Assembly (NCBI GenBank): GCA_028716265.1
Contig: JAQUQD010000002.1
Location: 6,882-70,881 of the forward strand
Direction: 5' to 3'
From: Bacteroidales bacterium
Lineage (GTDB): Bacteria > Bacteroidota > Bacteroidia > Bacteroidales > JAGONC01
DNA length: 64,000 nt
How positions within the stretch are numbered: position 1 is the first letter of the stretch; every line of letters begins with the position of its first letter. A model generated the notes under the pieces. It searched no databases. It worked only from the letters and a program-made list of their open reading frames with translations, and had not been told where the DNA came from. Below are positions 62,639-64,000 of this stretch, piece by piece. Position numbers and translations under genes: made by a program.

Positions 62639-64000
62639 ATGAAGAACAGCTCTATGACGACTCGCATCGAGTTCAGTGATGAACGCTTCCGTATCATTTT
62701 CAACAATACCTATTCCTGGGATAACTGGATCAGCAACGATGGTGTGCTGTTGTGGGTCAATCTGGCAGTTGAAAAATTCATCGGATTTACAGTTGAAGAA
62801 TGCCATCAAATCGCTGAATTTCCCTTTTGTTTGATATCCCCGGAAGAGAAGACCATCAAGCGCCGGAAGATCCGTAAAAAGCTGCGTGCCGGCAAACCTG
62901 CCGAGAACATTGAGCTGAAGATTATCCGCAAAGACCGGAGCACGGCCTGGATGCTGAGCACCTGGAAACCGGTAATCAGTGACCAGAACGAACGGATCGG
63001 TACCTGGATCACGTTTCATGATATCACCCAGCTGAAAAATGCGGAGGTATTGCTCAAATCGGCTGTGGAGAAGCTCAAATCAACCAACCTCAAACTCAAG
63101 CATGCACGAAAAAAAGCAGAGGATGCCACCGAAGCTCAAAGTATATTTCTCTCCAATACCAGCCATGAGATCCGTACCCCCATGAACGTGATCACAGGGG
63201 TGACCGAGCTGTTGAAACAAACATCCCTTAACACGCATCAGAGCCAACTGGTATCGGTCATCGAACAGTCGACAAGTCACCTGTTGCGGATCATCAATGA
63301 TGTGCTGGATATTTCGAAGATGGAATCAGGGGAACTGGTCTTCGAAAAGATCCCTTTTCTTCCAAAGCATGCGCTCTCCGAAGTAACCTCCAGCCTGAAA
63401 AACGAAGCGGAGAAGAAAGGACTGCATTTTGAGACCGTCGTTTCGCAGTCGCTGGATGAAATGGTTGTTAAGGGGGACCCGGTCCGTTTTAAGCAAATTC
63501 TTTTCAATCTTGCCGACAATGCGATCAAGTTCACGGACAACGGGACGGTCCGTATCACCCTGCAGCTGGTCCGGAGAAAAGGCCGGCAGGTGACGTTGTC
63601 AACGGAGGTAAGTGATACCGGCATCGGGATTTCTCCCGAACAGCAAAAGCTCATCTTTCAACGCTTTGTTCAGGGAGATGCCAGCACGACCCGCAAATAC
63701 GGAGGGACGGGCCTGGGTCTTGCCATTGTGCAACAGCTCACTGTACAAATGGGAGGGAACATTCAGGTTGATAGTGTTCCTGGTAAAAGCACTGTATTTT
63801 CTGTTGTCCTGCCTTTTCAAACCGTAACACGGAAGCCTTCCGCTCCGGCGATGCAACTAGGACAGCAATTCAAACTTCAGGATGTACATGTCCTCGTTGC
63901 AGAAGATAATACATTTAACCAGCTGATTATGAAGAGTTTTCTCGAAGAAATTAATTGCACCGTCGATTTGGCGGCCAATGGCTGGGAAGTACTCGAAAAA
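62639..64000 (+). CDS. hybrid sensor histidine kinase (PAS - HisKA - HATPase - receiver), partial; 3' end runs off the window
   Basis: Absent from the ORF track because there is no stop in the window. My translation from ATG 62639 (in-frame TAA at 62630) shows a PAS-like N-terminus, H-box SHEIRTPMN, N-box NLADNAIKFT, G1 DTGIGI and G2 GGTGLGL. The receiver start VLVAEDNTFNQ follows. Confidence 0.85.
   Translation, partial: MKNSSMTTRIEFSDERFRIIFNNTYSWDNWISNDGVLLWVNLAVEKFIGFTVEECHQIAEFPFCLISPEEKTIKRRKIRKKLRAGKPAENIELKIIRKDRSTAWMLSTWKPVISDQNERIGTWITFHDITQLKNAEVLLKSAVEKLKSTNLKLKHARKKAEDATEAQSIFLSNTSHEIRTPMNVITGVTELLKQTSLNTHQSQLVSVIEQSTSHLLRIINDVLDISKMESGELVFEKIPFLPKHALSEVTSSLKNEAEKKGLHFETVVSQSLDEMVVKGDPVRFKQILFNLADNAIKFTDNGTVRITLQLVRRKGRQVTLSTEVSDTGIGISPEQQKLIFQRFVQGDASTTRKYGGTGLGLAIVQQLTVQMGGNIQVDSVPGKSTVFSVVLPFQTVTRKPSAPAMQLGQQFKLQDVHVLVAEDNTFNQLIMKSFLEEINCTVDLAANGWEVLEK

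Noticed and set aside
62588-63019. 143-aa minus-strand ORF at the 3' end of the window.
   Set aside because: It lies antisense to the plus-strand hybrid histidine kinase frame, which has complete H, N, G1 and G2 boxes.
1-64000. Search for tRNA, rRNA, tmRNA, transposases, integrases, phage genes, toxin-antitoxin pairs, reverse transcriptases or known defence systems.
   Set aside because: I recognised none by eye in any spacer or ORF. All long ORFs are accounted for by housekeeping or envelope functions. A covariance-model or HMM scan would be needed to exclude small RNAs formally.

Overview
This 64-kb chromosomal segment looks like a Bacteroidota genome. The pointers are the T9SS translocon gene sprA, three proteins with T9SS C-terminal sorting domains, a TonB gene and recurrent TAnnTTTG -7 promoter boxes. 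I call 46 protein-coding genes, nearly all housekeeping. They include a sulfotransferase/wecE-like pair, a BNR-repeat protein, mtnA, an M20 amidohydrolase, an MsbA-like ABC exporter, rbfA and a LolE-like permease. Next come two tandem gingipain-like C25 peptidases, a tlpA/beta-barrel/Omp28-like operon, manA, LOG, dCMP deaminase, dxs and a complete sufBCDSE-sufT operon. The rest are thiL, uvrC, tonB, gcvH, sprA, ruvA, maeB, mdh, a Sir2 deacylase, recX, prfB (with its +1 frameshift), fumC, an accC-BCCP-carboxyltransferase operon and a partial hybrid histidine kinase. I recognised no rRNA, tRNA, CRISPR array, transposase, integrase or phage gene. The signal that ordinary annotation does not explain lies in the spacers. 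Ten intergenic regions are filled by short tandem words held in strict phase: 7-nt GARAGGA, 7-nt GYTRCAG/TGAAACY, 8-nt TAACARTT and GCACARAG, and 10-nt ATTGGTTGTT. The same words recur at unlinked loci. Every purine-only GARAGGA array I found starts on or directly after a stop codon in the sense orientation. All functional calls rest on my own reading of motifs in the translations; no database search or computation was possible.
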